This document shows, in pieces, positions 56,488-64,000 of a DNA stretch of 64,000 nt. The position numbers and the translations under genes are program-made. Numbering within the stretch: position 1 is the first letter of the stretch; the number at the start of each line of letters is the position of its first letter. Location: contig CBDCXL010000002.1 in assembly GCA_965223795.1 (NCBI GenBank), positions 1,220,030 through 1,284,029 on the forward strand, given 5' to 3'. The notes beneath the pieces were generated by a model that saw only the letters and a program-made list of their open reading frames with translations, made no database searches and had not been told where the DNA came from. The stretch is from Nitrospinales bacterium (GTDB lineage Bacteria > Nitrospinota > Nitrospinia > Nitrospinales > VA-1).

Positions 56488-57399
56488 ATGGAATTTTCAA
56501 GTCCCCGCAAACCCAAACGCTCCTTCGGAAAAACCCTGCTCTATCTCATTCTGGGCGCCGGCCTGCTGTTGGTGGTCACCTCGATCGTCTCGTCGCTGTT
56601 CCGCGATGACGGGATGGGCGGCGGCAGCGAGGCGATCGCCCTGGTGGAAGTGCGCGGCATGATCACCGAATCCCAGGAGGTGGTCCGCCAGCTCGCCAAG
56701 TACCGCGATGCGGATCACATCCGCGGCATCGTGGTCCGGATCGACTCTCCCGGCGGCGGCGTGGCGCCGTCGCAGGAGATTTACGACGCCGTGCTGCGGG
56801 TGAAGGCATCGCAGAAAAAGATCTACGCGTCGATGGGAAGTGTCGCCGCCTCCGGCGGTTATTACATCGCCAGCGCCGCGGACACGATCTTCGCCAATCC
56901 GGGAACGCTGACCGGAAGCATCGGCGTGATCATGGCGTTCTCCAATGTGGAAGAATTGATCGAGAAGGTGGGCATCCGCCCGGAAGTGATCAAGAGCGGC
57001 AAGTTCAAGGACGCCGGTTCGCCGGTGAAACCGCTTTCCAAGGAAGACCGGGAACTTCTGCAGCGGCTGGTGGACGACGTGCAGGAACAGTTCATCGAAG
57101 CGGTCTCCGAAGGCAGGCAGATGCCGCCGGAAGATGTGCAAAAGGTGGCGGACGGAAGGGTGTTCACGGGCCGCCAGGCTCTGGAAATGAATATGGTGGA
57201 CCGGCTCGGCGGATTGCAGGACAGCATCGAACACCTGGCGGAACAGGTCGGCATCCAGGGAACGCCGAAAGTGGTTCAGGAAACCGAAAAAGTGCATTTG
57301 CTCGACTGGCTCATGCAGGCGGCGTTTTACAGGGAATTGAAAAGTTCTTTCACCGCCGAGCGCATCCCCTCGCTCCAGTTCCTCTGGACAGTTCCCTGA
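56488..57399 (+). CDS. sppA: Signal peptide peptidase SppA (36K type)
   Basis: 303 aa. N-terminal TM, DSPGGG, catalytic-Ser context GSVAASGGYYIA, and GSIGV. Confidence 0.85.
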   Translation: MEFSSPRKPKRSFGKTLLYLILGAGLLLVVTSIVSSLFRDDGMGGGSEAIALVEVRGMITESQEVVRQLAKYRDADHIRGIVVRIDSPGGGVAPSQEIYDAVLRVKASQKKIYASMGSVAASGGYYIASAADTIFANPGTLTGSIGVIMAFSNVEELIEKVGIRPEVIKSGKFKDAGSPVKPLSKEDRELLQRLVDDVQEQFIEAVSEGRQMPPEDVQKVADGRVFTGRQALEMNMVDRLGGLQDSIEHLAEQVGIQGTPKVVQETEKVHLLDWLMQAAFYRELKSSFTAERIPSLQFLWTVP

Positions 57400-57591
57400 A
57401 AAATAATCTGTTAGCTGCTTGCCCGCGGCGCCGGCCGGGGTCTTTCGCGCTGAAAACTCGCCCCCTATTTCATTAAAATTCTTTAAAATTACCCTCCTTA
57501 GTCATCACTTTTAGATTGACTTTTGCGATAGATTCGATTTTGTTGACCGGAAATTAAGCAAAAAAAAAATCCGCAGGTGCTTGTAAAGGGC

Positions 57592-57619
57592 TTGACTTCA
57601 TTGACTTTAGTGCTATACT
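57592..57619 (+). promoter_or_regulatory. Sigma70-type promoter for ihfB/HU-like gene
   Basis: TTGACT (57592-57597) N16 TATACT (57614-57619), about 64 nt upstream of ATG 57683. AT-rich upstream region with an A10 run. Confidence 0.55.
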
Positions 57620-57682
57620 TTCGAGCGAACTTACTCCTACAAACATACCAAGATATTAATTTGCTGGGCGGGGGGCTGATTA

Positions 57683-57961
57683 ATGACTAAGGCAGAGCTG
57701 GTTGAAAAAGTCGCGAACCAAATCAATCTGACCAAGAAACAAACTGAAATCGTCGTCAACACGGTGTTTCAAAGCATTACCGAATCCCTCAGTCAAGGAA
57801 AGAAAGTCGAGCTTCGAGGATTCGGGAGTTTCAGAATCCGCGAAAGAAACGCCCGTATCGGTCGCAACCCGAAATCAGGAGACAAGGTGGATGTGCCCGC
57901 AAAAAAAGTTCCTTTTTTTAAGGCGGGCAAAGAGTTGCGGGAACTTGTTGATCATGAATGA
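57683..57961 (+). CDS. ihfB: Integration host factor beta / HU family DNA-binding protein
   Basis: 92 aa. GFGSFRIRERNARIGRNPKSGDKVDVPAKKVPFFKAGKELRE is the HU/IHF arm. The cmk-rpsA-(sppA)-ihfB order is classical. Confidence 0.85.
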   Translation: MTKAELVEKVANQINLTKKQTEIVVNTVFQSITESLSQGKKVELRGFGSFRIRERNARIGRNPKSGDKVDVPAKKVPFFKAGKELRELVDHE

Positions 57962-58294
57962 CTTTTCAAGTCTCTTCAGTTGACGGCTCAAAGCCGCGTC
58001 TTGTTTTTCAAAAATCCGCATCCCGTTTCTTAGCATTCTTGGAATCGGGAGGGAAAGCAGAACTGCCGTTCTGCCCCTCTCCCAAGCCTTCTTCCTTCTC
58101 TTCCGCAACCATCACCCCCAGCCCAACCTGTTGTGAGCGGAATTCCCAAAGTCGTCTTTCCCCTCTTTCGTTTGCAAATCTCAGGTTTTATCGAATCGAC
58201 GCGCGTGCGCCGCTGCGTTTCAGGATCGTTTTTGTGACATCCCGAATCGCGCGCATGCGTGAATGTGCCATCCCGATGCAACGGTCTTGAGGCC

Positions 58295-59362
58295 ATGTCA
58301 GGAAATTCCTACGGAAAACTTTTTAAAATCGCCACCTGGGGAGAGTCCCACGGCGCCGGTGTGGGTGTGGTCGTGGAAGGGTGCCCCGCAGGGCTCGCGA
58401 TCACGGAAGCGGAGATTCAAAAAGAGCTGGACCGCCGCCGCACGGGTCAGAGCAAGGTGACCACCACGCGCAAGGAAGGCGACCGCATCCGCATCCTGTC
58501 GGGCGTGTTCAAGGGCAAGACCACGGGAACGCCCATTTCCATGTGGGTGGAAAATCAGGACGCGGATTCCTCTAAATACGAACTGATCAAAGATCTTTAC
58601 CGGCCGGGGCATGCGGATTTCACCTACGATCAAAAATACGGTTTTCGCGACTACCGCGGCGGCGGGCGTTCGAGCGCCCGGGAAACGGTAGGCCGGGTGG
58701 CCGCGGGCGCGATCGCCAAAAAACTGCTGCGCAGGGAAAAGATCACGGTGATCGGGTTCACCCGGCAGATCGGCCCGCACGTCGCGCAAACGCTCAATTT
58801 AAAAGAGATTGAAAAAAACATCGTTCGCTGCCCGGATAAAAAAGCGGCGGAAAAAATGGTGGAGCACATCATGCAGGCGCGCAAGCAGGGCGATTCGGTC
58901 GGCGGCGTGGTGGAGGTGATCGCCAGGGGCGTGCCCGCGGGACTGGGGGAGCCGGTGTTCGACCGGCTGGACGCGGACCTCGCCAAGGCGATGCTGAGCA
59001 TCCCGGCGGTCAAGGGCGTGGAGATCGGCATCGGCTTCCAGGCGGCGACGATGCTGGGTTCGGAATGCAACGACGCGTTCGTGACGAAGAACAAAAAGAT
59101 CACCACGCGCACCAATAACGCCGGCGGCGTGCTCGGCGGCATCTCCAACGGCGCGGACATCGTGCTGCGGTTCGTGGTCAAACCCACTTCTTCCATCAAC
59201 AAAGAGCAGGACACGGTGACGCGCAAGGGCAAGGCCGCCAAGATCCGCGTGGAAGGCCGTCACGATCCCTGCGTCTCGCCGCGCGCGGTTCCCATTGCGG
59301 AAGCGATGGTCGCGCTCACCCTCATCGACCACCTTTTGCGGCACCGCTCCTCGCGGCTGTGA
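58295..59362 (+). CDS. aroC: Chorismate synthase
   Basis: Trimmed to ATG 58295 ([20 protein letters not shown]). [14 protein letters not shown] and [10 protein letters not shown] motifs. Confidence 0.9.
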   Translation: MSGNSYGKLFKIATWGESHGAGVGVVVEGCPAGLAITEAEIQKELDRRRTGQSKVTTTRKEGDRIRILSGVFKGKTTGTPISMWVENQDADSSKYELIKDLYRPGHADFTYDQKYGFRDYRGGGRSSARETVGRVAAGAIAKKLLRREKITVIGFTRQIGPHVAQTLNLKEIEKNIVRCPDKKAAEKMVEHIMQARKQGDSVGGVVEVIARGVPAGLGEPVFDRLDADLAKAMLSIPAVKGVEIGIGFQAATMLGSECNDAFVTKNKKITTRTNNAGGVLGGISNGADIVLRFVVKPTSSINKEQDTVTRKGKAAKIRVEGRHDPCVSPRAVPIAEAMVALTLIDHLLRHRSSRL

Positions 59363-59516
59363 CGCGGCGTACACCCTGCTGCGCGCGTTCTGCACTCTCC
59401 TTCCGGATCGCCCTTTCATTTAAGGGTTGTCACACCCTTTTGAGATCTTTATCCTTAAATTCAACGGAACCTGCAATTCGGGGAGCGCGTGCGCTTCCGA
59501 TCCGATTCGCTTTTTC

Positions 59517-60314
59517 ATGATGAAAGTCGGCTTCATTCAAAACAACCCGGTGTTCGGGGCGAAGGAAAGCAACCTGGCCCGCATCGTCAGCGTGCTTGCG
59601 GAAGCCTCGGCGGACCTGTTCGTCCTGCCGGAGCTGTTCGCCACCGGTTACCAGTTCAAGGACCGCGCCGAAGCGTTCGACCTTGCCGAAACGGTTCCGG
59701 ACGGCACCACCTGCACGACGCTGGTGTCGCTGGCGAAAAATCTCAACGCGCACATCGTCGGCGGGTTCGCGGAACGGGACGGCGACAAGGTCTACAACTC
59801 CGCGCTGCTCGCGAGCCCCAAAGGGCTGGTGGCCACCTACCGCAAGGCGCACCTGTTCGATCGGGAAAAGGAGGTGTTCGATCCCGGCGATTCGCCGCTG
59901 CAGGTTCACGACATCGGCATCGCGCGCATCGGCATCATGATCTGCTTCGACTGGCGTTTTCCGGAAACGGCGCGCACGCTGGCGCTTCAGGGCGCGGACC
60001 TGATCGCCCATCCCGCCAACCTGGTGCTCAAACACTGCCCGGAGGCGATGATCACCCGCTGCCTGGAAAACCAGATCTACGTGGTCACGGCGGACCGGGT
60101 CGGACGCGAGGAACGCATCGACGGGGAAACGCTGGACTTCATCGGCCAGAGCCAGGTGGTGGACCCGCACGGTCATGTTCTGTACCGGGCGTCGCGCGAT
60201 CAGGAGGAGATCCAGGTGGTCTCCATCGATCTGGACAAGGCGCGCGACAAGTTTCTCAACGCCCGCAACCATCTGTTCGAAGACCGCCGGGAAGACCTTT
60301 ACAGACTCGAATGA
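59517..60314 (+). CDS. Carbon-nitrogen hydrolase (nitrilase superfamily)
   Basis: Trimmed to ATG 59517 (MMKVGFIQ). Catalytic E (LPELF), K (YRKAHLF) and C (IMICFDWRFPE) contexts. Confidence 0.85.
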   Translation: MMKVGFIQNNPVFGAKESNLARIVSVLAEASADLFVLPELFATGYQFKDRAEAFDLAETVPDGTTCTTLVSLAKNLNAHIVGGFAERDGDKVYNSALLASPKGLVATYRKAHLFDREKEVFDPGDSPLQVHDIGIARIGIMICFDWRFPETARTLALQGADLIAHPANLVLKHCPEAMITRCLENQIYVVTADRVGREERIDGETLDFIGQSQVVDPHGHVLYRASRDQEEIQVVSIDLDKARDKFLNARNHLFEDRREDLYRLE

Positions 60315-60424
60315 TTTCTGCTACCCTTGTTGCCTGTTCACCCGCAAATGATTGATTGCCAAGGCAAAGCCACGCCCCTGTCCGGCTTGGGGCCGGTTGT
60401 CTGTTTTATGGAGAAAGGCGAAGC

Positions 60425-60850
60425 ATGGATAAAAACAAGTCGCGGTTTTTGAAGAAAGACGACGGCACGATTTACGATTCTCTGACCAGCCTGACCTGGC
60501 TTGCCAACGATTCGCGGCTGGATCTCGATAAGGAAGTGACCTTTGAGGAAGCGGAACAGTACGCGAAAGACAAGAACGCCAAGGATTTCGGCGGCCACGC
60601 GGACTGGCGTCTGCCCACTGTGCACGAGGCGGCATCTCTGTTCGATAAAAACCACCTGAACAAGGATTTCAAGGGCGGCGACATCAACATCGATTCGGTG
60701 TTCCCGCCCGGCATGGGCAACTGCACCTGGACCAGCGACACGCGCGGCAAGGAAGCGCAGATCCTGTTCTATGTGAACGGCTGCCCCTACTGGTACCGCA
60801 AGGACGACAAGACCATCTCGCATGCGGTGCGCCTGGTGCGCCGCGACTGA
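60425..60850 (+). CDS. DUF1566 (Lcl C-terminal-like) domain protein
   Basis: Trimmed to ATG 60425, preceded by GGAGAAAGG. The TWLAN...DWRLPTVHEAASLF pattern is typical of DUF1566. Confidence 0.65.
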   Translation: MDKNKSRFLKKDDGTIYDSLTSLTWLANDSRLDLDKEVTFEEAEQYAKDKNAKDFGGHADWRLPTVHEAASLFDKNHLNKDFKGGDINIDSVFPPGMGNCTWTSDTRGKEAQILFYVNGCPYWYRKDDKTISHAVRLVRRD

Positions 60851-60857
60851 CTCCGGT

Positions 60858-61160
60858 ACCCCGGAGAGGGGACAGGTCCAGCGATTCGGTGCAGGCGAAA
60901 CTCGTTCGGCATACGTCAAAAGTCATTCGCCCTGATCCCCGACGCACCCCGCTCCCGGAGGGGGGGACAGGTCGATCGCTCTAAAGCTCACTGTGGGTCG
61001 TCGGCACACCTCGAGTGCTCCTCTCCGGTTTACTGACGTGCCCCGTCCCCGGAGTGGGAACAGGTTCGGCGGTTCAGCGCAGACGGAAGTTGTTGCGCAG
61101 GTTCCCAGAATTTTTTCCTTTTCGACCGGCGGGCCCCGTCCCCGGAGCGGGACAAGCTCA
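60858..61160. repeat. Array of four hairpin-capable ~25-nt cores at 94/94/93-bp spacing (degenerate tandem repeat)
   Basis: CCGGAG centres at 60861, 60955, 61049 and 61142. Cores resemble CCCCGTCCCCGGAG(N)GGGACAGGT. Inter-core segments keep only residual similarity. Lies between convergent genes. Confidence 0.7.
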
Positions 61161-61190
61161 ATGGAATGATGAGTTATGAAGGCGGGCCGT

Positions 61191-61784
61191 TCAATCTTCG
61201 AGCAGTTTGGGGTTGGGCAGCTCCAGGCCGAAGGCCTTCACCGTTTCGTCCTGGCGGGTGTAGGCGCGGTAGAGCTTCTGAAACTCGGGCGTTTCCAGTG
61301 CCGGGTCGAGAAGCTTCGCCACCTGCTTGCGGGTGATCGGCTGCAGCGAGCTTTCGGCGAACAGGGAGGTCGCCACGCCGACCCAGTGGGCCGAGATGAA
61401 CCCCTGATGCACCAGTCCTTTCACCTCTCCGTAGTAATCCAGCGTTTTTCTCAGCGCGTGCCGGGCGATGTACGCCGGCACGCAGCGTCCGATGGCGACG
61501 ATGCGGGACGGGTTGTCGGCGGGATAGATCCACAGGCGCACGCGCGTTCTCCCCATTTCGGAAAATTCCCGCTTCACCTGACGCCATTCTTTTTCGTAGC
61601 GCTTGGAAATCCAGGCTTCGAGCATCACCGGTTTTTCGGTCACCGGCCGGCAGACCGCCGGTTCGGCGGCGGCAGCCATGCCTGAGAAGCAAGGCAGGCT
61701 CAAAGCGGCGCAAACGATTGCCAAAACACCGCATAGAACGGGAAACGGTCTGCCTGCGTTAAGGGTTTTCGAATTTTTTGGCAT
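61191..61784 (-). CDS. Secreted hypothetical protein, paralogue A (GRCVPA...ARH / HWVG family)
   Basis: 197 aa. Signal peptide. Collinear similarity to 61759..62301 (WISK, GRCVPA, ARH, LV.QGF...HWVG, LLDP, EFQ.LYR, QDETV..FGL). Confidence 0.65.
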   Translation of the reverse strand: MPKNSKTLNAGRPFPVLCGVLAIVCAALSLPCFSGMAAAAEPAVCRPVTEKPVMLEAWISKRYEKEWRQVKREFSEMGRTRVRLWIYPADNPSRIVAIGRCVPAYIARHALRKTLDYYGEVKGLVHQGFISAHWVGVATSLFAESSLQPITRKQVAKLLDPALETPEFQKLYRAYTRQDETVKAFGLELPNPKLLED

Positions 61785-62301
61785 TGGGACGCTGCAATCC
61801 GAAAAAGGGAACGGTTTCGTCCTGCACGGAAAACTTCCGGTACAAGGCTTGAAATTCCTCGGTGCTGAGCTTGGGGTCCAGAAGCTGCTGCACCTGCTCG
61901 GCGTTGACGATCTGCTGGGAGGGCTCGTCGAACACGGTGGTGCCGATGCCCACCCAGTGCGGCGCGAGAAATCCCTGGTTCACCAGGCTTTCGATCCCGC
62001 CGGTGTATTTCAAGGCGGTGTTGAGGATGTGACGGGCGTGGGGCGCGGGGACGCAGCGGCCCACGGCGACGACTTTGGCGGTGTTCCCCATGGGAAACAC
62101 TTTGAGGACCACGCGCGTGTGCCCGAGCTCGGCGAATTCCTTTTTGATGGCTTTTTTCTGTTTTTTGAATTTCTTGGAGATCCAGCCTTCGACTTTGACG
62201 CGTTTTTTCTCCAGCGGCGGGCAGTCCGTCTCCGCAGCCGCGGAGTGGGTCAAAAACAGCAGCAGGCAAGCCCCGATCACCGTGAACCGTATTCTTTTCA
62301 T
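61759..62301 (-). CDS. Secreted hypothetical protein, paralogue B
   Basis: ORF 61759..62607 trimmed to ATG 62301 (MKRIRFTVIGACLLLFLTHSAAA signal). Its 3' end overlaps the ATG of paralogue A by 26 nt. Confidence 0.65.
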   Translation of the reverse strand: MKRIRFTVIGACLLLFLTHSAAAETDCPPLEKKRVKVEGWISKKFKKQKKAIKKEFAELGHTRVVLKVFPMGNTAKVVAVGRCVPAPHARHILNTALKYTGGIESLVNQGFLAPHWVGIGTTVFDEPSQQIVNAEQVQQLLDPKLSTEEFQALYRKFSVQDETVPFFGLQRPNAKKFENP

Positions 62302-62446
62302 GACTTTTTCCCGGATCGCGCCCACCGGCCAGGCAGGGAAATGTCCTCCGGCGCGCGGGCGTCGTCTGTTATAATAAAACACCTTGATACGGGTGCTGTG
62401 TAGGCATTGTAACGGAATTTCGGCGGGAAACGAAGTGTCCGGAAAT

Positions 62447-62671
62447 TCAGGCTTTTTTTTGCGTGTATTCCTCCGCGCACTTTTCGCTGCAGAAGAAAAA
62501 CTTTTCCTTGCCCACCGTTTTTTCCAGGGCTTCGTTCTTGGGAACGTAGGTTTCGCAGTTCGGATCCTTGACCATTTCCCGTGTTGCTTTTTTTTCGGGA
62601 GAGGCAAAAAACAGCCGAACCATCCAGATGAAAACGGCGATGATGATGCCTATCAATGCGATGCGTGCCAT
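62447..62671 (-). CDS. Membrane-anchored YHS/TRASH-domain mini-protein
   Basis: 74 aa. N-terminal TM (IALIGIIIAVFIWMV). DPNCETYVPKNEA....GKEKFFFCSEKCAEEY matches the DP.CG..V......G..Y.FCS..C YHS/TRASH pattern. Confidence 0.65.
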   Translation of the reverse strand: MARIALIGIIIAVFIWMVRLFFASPEKKATREMVKDPNCETYVPKNEALEKTVGKEKFFFCSEKCAEEYTQKKA

Positions 62672-62810
62672 GCTTCTATTCTAGTTTCTACCAGCATTGA
62701 ATTCAAGGACGGCGCAAGGTTTTTAAAGCTCAGGCCGCCCCCGGCCCGGCTCGTGAAAACGCTTGAATTTTCAGCTTTCCGAGACCCGGGCCGCACAGAC
62801 TTAAGGATCG

Positions 62811-63746
62811 ATGAACAAAGACATATCACCAGAAGAGCTTGAGGGTCACGAAAAACCCGAAGAATCGCTGCTTCCCGTCAAGCGGACCGACGCTTCGCTG
62901 GTTCCGCGCGATCCGCTGACGGCGTACCTGCAGGAAATCCAGAGCCATGAGATGCTCACCGAAGAGGAAGAGCACCGGCTGGCGGTCAAGTTCAAGGAAG
63001 AAGGGGACCTCAACGCGGCGTACCGGCTGACGACGTCGCATCTCATGCTGGTGGTCCGCATCGCCATGACGTTCAAGCGCGAATGGAACAACCTCATGGA
63101 CCTCATTCAGGAAGGCAACGTGGGGCTCATGAAGGCGGTCAAGAACTTCGACCCGTTCCGCGGCGTCCGGCTGTCCGCGTACGCGACCTGGTGGATCCGC
63201 TCGTACATGCTGAAATACATCATCGACAACTGGCGGCTGGTGAAGGTGGGCACGACCAACGCGCGGCGCAAACTGCTGTTCAACCTGAAACGGGAAAAGG
63301 AAAAACTGGAACGGGAGGGGTTCGCGCCGACGACCAAATTGCTGGCGGAGCGGTTCGGCGTCGATGAGGGCGAGGTGATCGACGTGGAAGCCAGCCTGGG
63401 GGCGGCGGATGTGTCGATGGACGCGCCGGTGCATCCGGACAGCCCGGTGACGCCGGAAAATTCGCTGGCCCACTCCGATTCCACGGAGCAACAGGTGGAG
63501 TCGGATCTTTTCCGCCAGCGGCTGCGCGACAAGCTGGCGCAGTTTACGGTCGATCTCAAGCCCATTGAAACGGAAATCCTCAACGACCGGGTGCTGTCCG
63601 AATCGCCGCTGTCGCTGCAGGCGATCGGCGATAACCACGGCATCACCCGCGAGGCGGTGCGGCAGGCGGAAGGCAGGCTGCTGAAAAAACTGAAGGCGTA
63701 CCTCGAAGAACACCTGCCGGAAGCGGCGGAGTACTTCAAACCCTGA
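62811..63746 (+). CDS. rpoH: RNA polymerase sigma-32 (heat-shock) factor
   Basis: 311 aa sigma-70 family protein. Region 2 is DLIQEGNVGLMKAVKNFDP...YATWWIR. RpoH-box-like RRKLLFNLKREKEKL. AAGGA SD. Confidence 0.85.
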   Translation: MNKDISPEELEGHEKPEESLLPVKRTDASLVPRDPLTAYLQEIQSHEMLTEEEEHRLAVKFKEEGDLNAAYRLTTSHLMLVVRIAMTFKREWNNLMDLIQEGNVGLMKAVKNFDPFRGVRLSAYATWWIRSYMLKYIIDNWRLVKVGTTNARRKLLFNLKREKEKLEREGFAPTTKLLAERFGVDEGEVIDVEASLGAADVSMDAPVHPDSPVTPENSLAHSDSTEQQVESDLFRQRLRDKLAQFTVDLKPIETEILNDRVLSESPLSLQAIGDNHGITREAVRQAEGRLLKKLKAYLEEHLPEAAEYFKP

Positions 63747-63920
63747 CGCGGGCTCCGGCCGGTGGCGATTACGCCTCGTGGCGGCGTGATCCGGCTTCGC
63801 GCTCAATTTTCCGGTGCGCCCGCCGGTTTTGCGGGGAACTTTTTATTTTTTTAGGGGAAGCTTTGTTGTTTGGGCCCGCGGTCGCGGGATCGGGGCTCGA
63901 TTATTTTGAGGGAGGGGAAG

Positions 63921-64000
63921 ATGGAACATCGCATTGAAACTGACAGCATGGGGGAAATCCAGGTCCCGGCGGACCGCTACTTCGGCGCGCAGACGGCCCG
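63921..64000 (+). CDS. fumC: Class II fumarate hydratase (or aspartase family), N-terminal fragment running off the window
   Basis: ATG 63921 preceded by GAGGGAGGGG. MEHRIETDSMGEIQVPADRYFGAQTA matches the FumC N-terminus (..DSMG.I.VPAD...GAQT). Confidence 0.6.
   Translation, partial: MEHRIETDSMGEIQVPADRYFGAQTA

Noticed and set aside
57982-58008. Intrinsic terminator after ihfB (GACGGC-TCAAA-GCCGCGTC followed by TTGTTTTT)
   Set aside because: The stem is only 3+3 bp with a 2-nt bulge, which is too weak to call from sequence alone.
60858-61160. CRISPR array (four ~25-nt palindromic repeats with ~68-nt unique-looking spacers at constant 94-bp period)
   Set aside because: There are only four copies and the repeats are degenerate, with indels inside the core. 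The spacers retain residual homology to each other (unit 1 versus unit 3: 23/33 identical at the start). The repeat is short and the spacer long relative to known arrays. There is no leader and no cas gene in 64 kb. It is reported instead as a decaying tandem repeat.

Overview
64-kb, high-G+C chromosomal segment from a diderm bacterium (Mla system and lipoproteins present). Typical coding lines hand-count to about 60-67% G+C. I call about 60 protein-coding genes on both strands. I recognised no rRNA, tRNA, cas, transposase or integrase genes.

Gene blocks in order:
- An Fe-S / NO-stress neighbourhood: an Nfu/NifU-type scaffold, an Rrf2 regulator divergent from a RIC/YtfE di-iron protein, an MBL hydrolase, an Nfu_N mini-protein and a FIST protein.
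- A hemY-type oxidase, then hutG-hutU-hutI (no hutH).
- Two small Met/Cys-rich proteins, a DHH phosphoesterase, a Wzx-type flippase and an orphan family-5 solute-binding protein.
- A translationally coupled pair of RNI-type leucine-rich-repeat proteins, then TPR proteins.
- A stand-alone NuoF/HydB-like flavoprotein, a Vgb-like propeller, pepA, a GHMP kinase and mlaEFDC.
- Three DUF799-like lipoprotein paralogues, one fused to SPOR.
- A lexA-osmC-dinB-aminotransferase operon, arsC and a metallophosphoesterase.
- A low-G+C islet carrying an SRA-like/HNH nuclease.
- mdh-icd, glnD and a cytochrome c.
- A pheA-tyrA-cmk-rpsA-sppA-ihfB-aroC housekeeping cluster.
- A nitrilase-family hydrolase and a DUF1566 protein.
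- Two tandem paralogous secreted proteins plus a YHS/TRASH mini-protein, then rpoH and the 5' end of fumC.

Non-coding structure:
- A 75-bp tandem repeat at 51009.
- A 94-bp-periodic hairpin array at 60858-61160.
- A dispersed hairpin element at 7612 and 13087.
- Several near-consensus promoters with palindromes in operator positions.
- Two strong intrinsic terminators and one orphan terminator-like hairpin.

No single complete, obviously novel multi-gene system stands out. The best candidates for follow-up are:
- the SRA-like/HNH islet;
- the coupled LRR pair;
- the secreted paralogue pair with the TRASH protein and its adjacent hairpin array;
- the DUF799-like expansion;
- the lexA-osmC-dinB operon with its non-canonical operator-like palindrome.

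All functional calls come from recognising motifs and families by eye in the supplied translations. No database search or folding was run, so family names are hypotheses of graded confidence.
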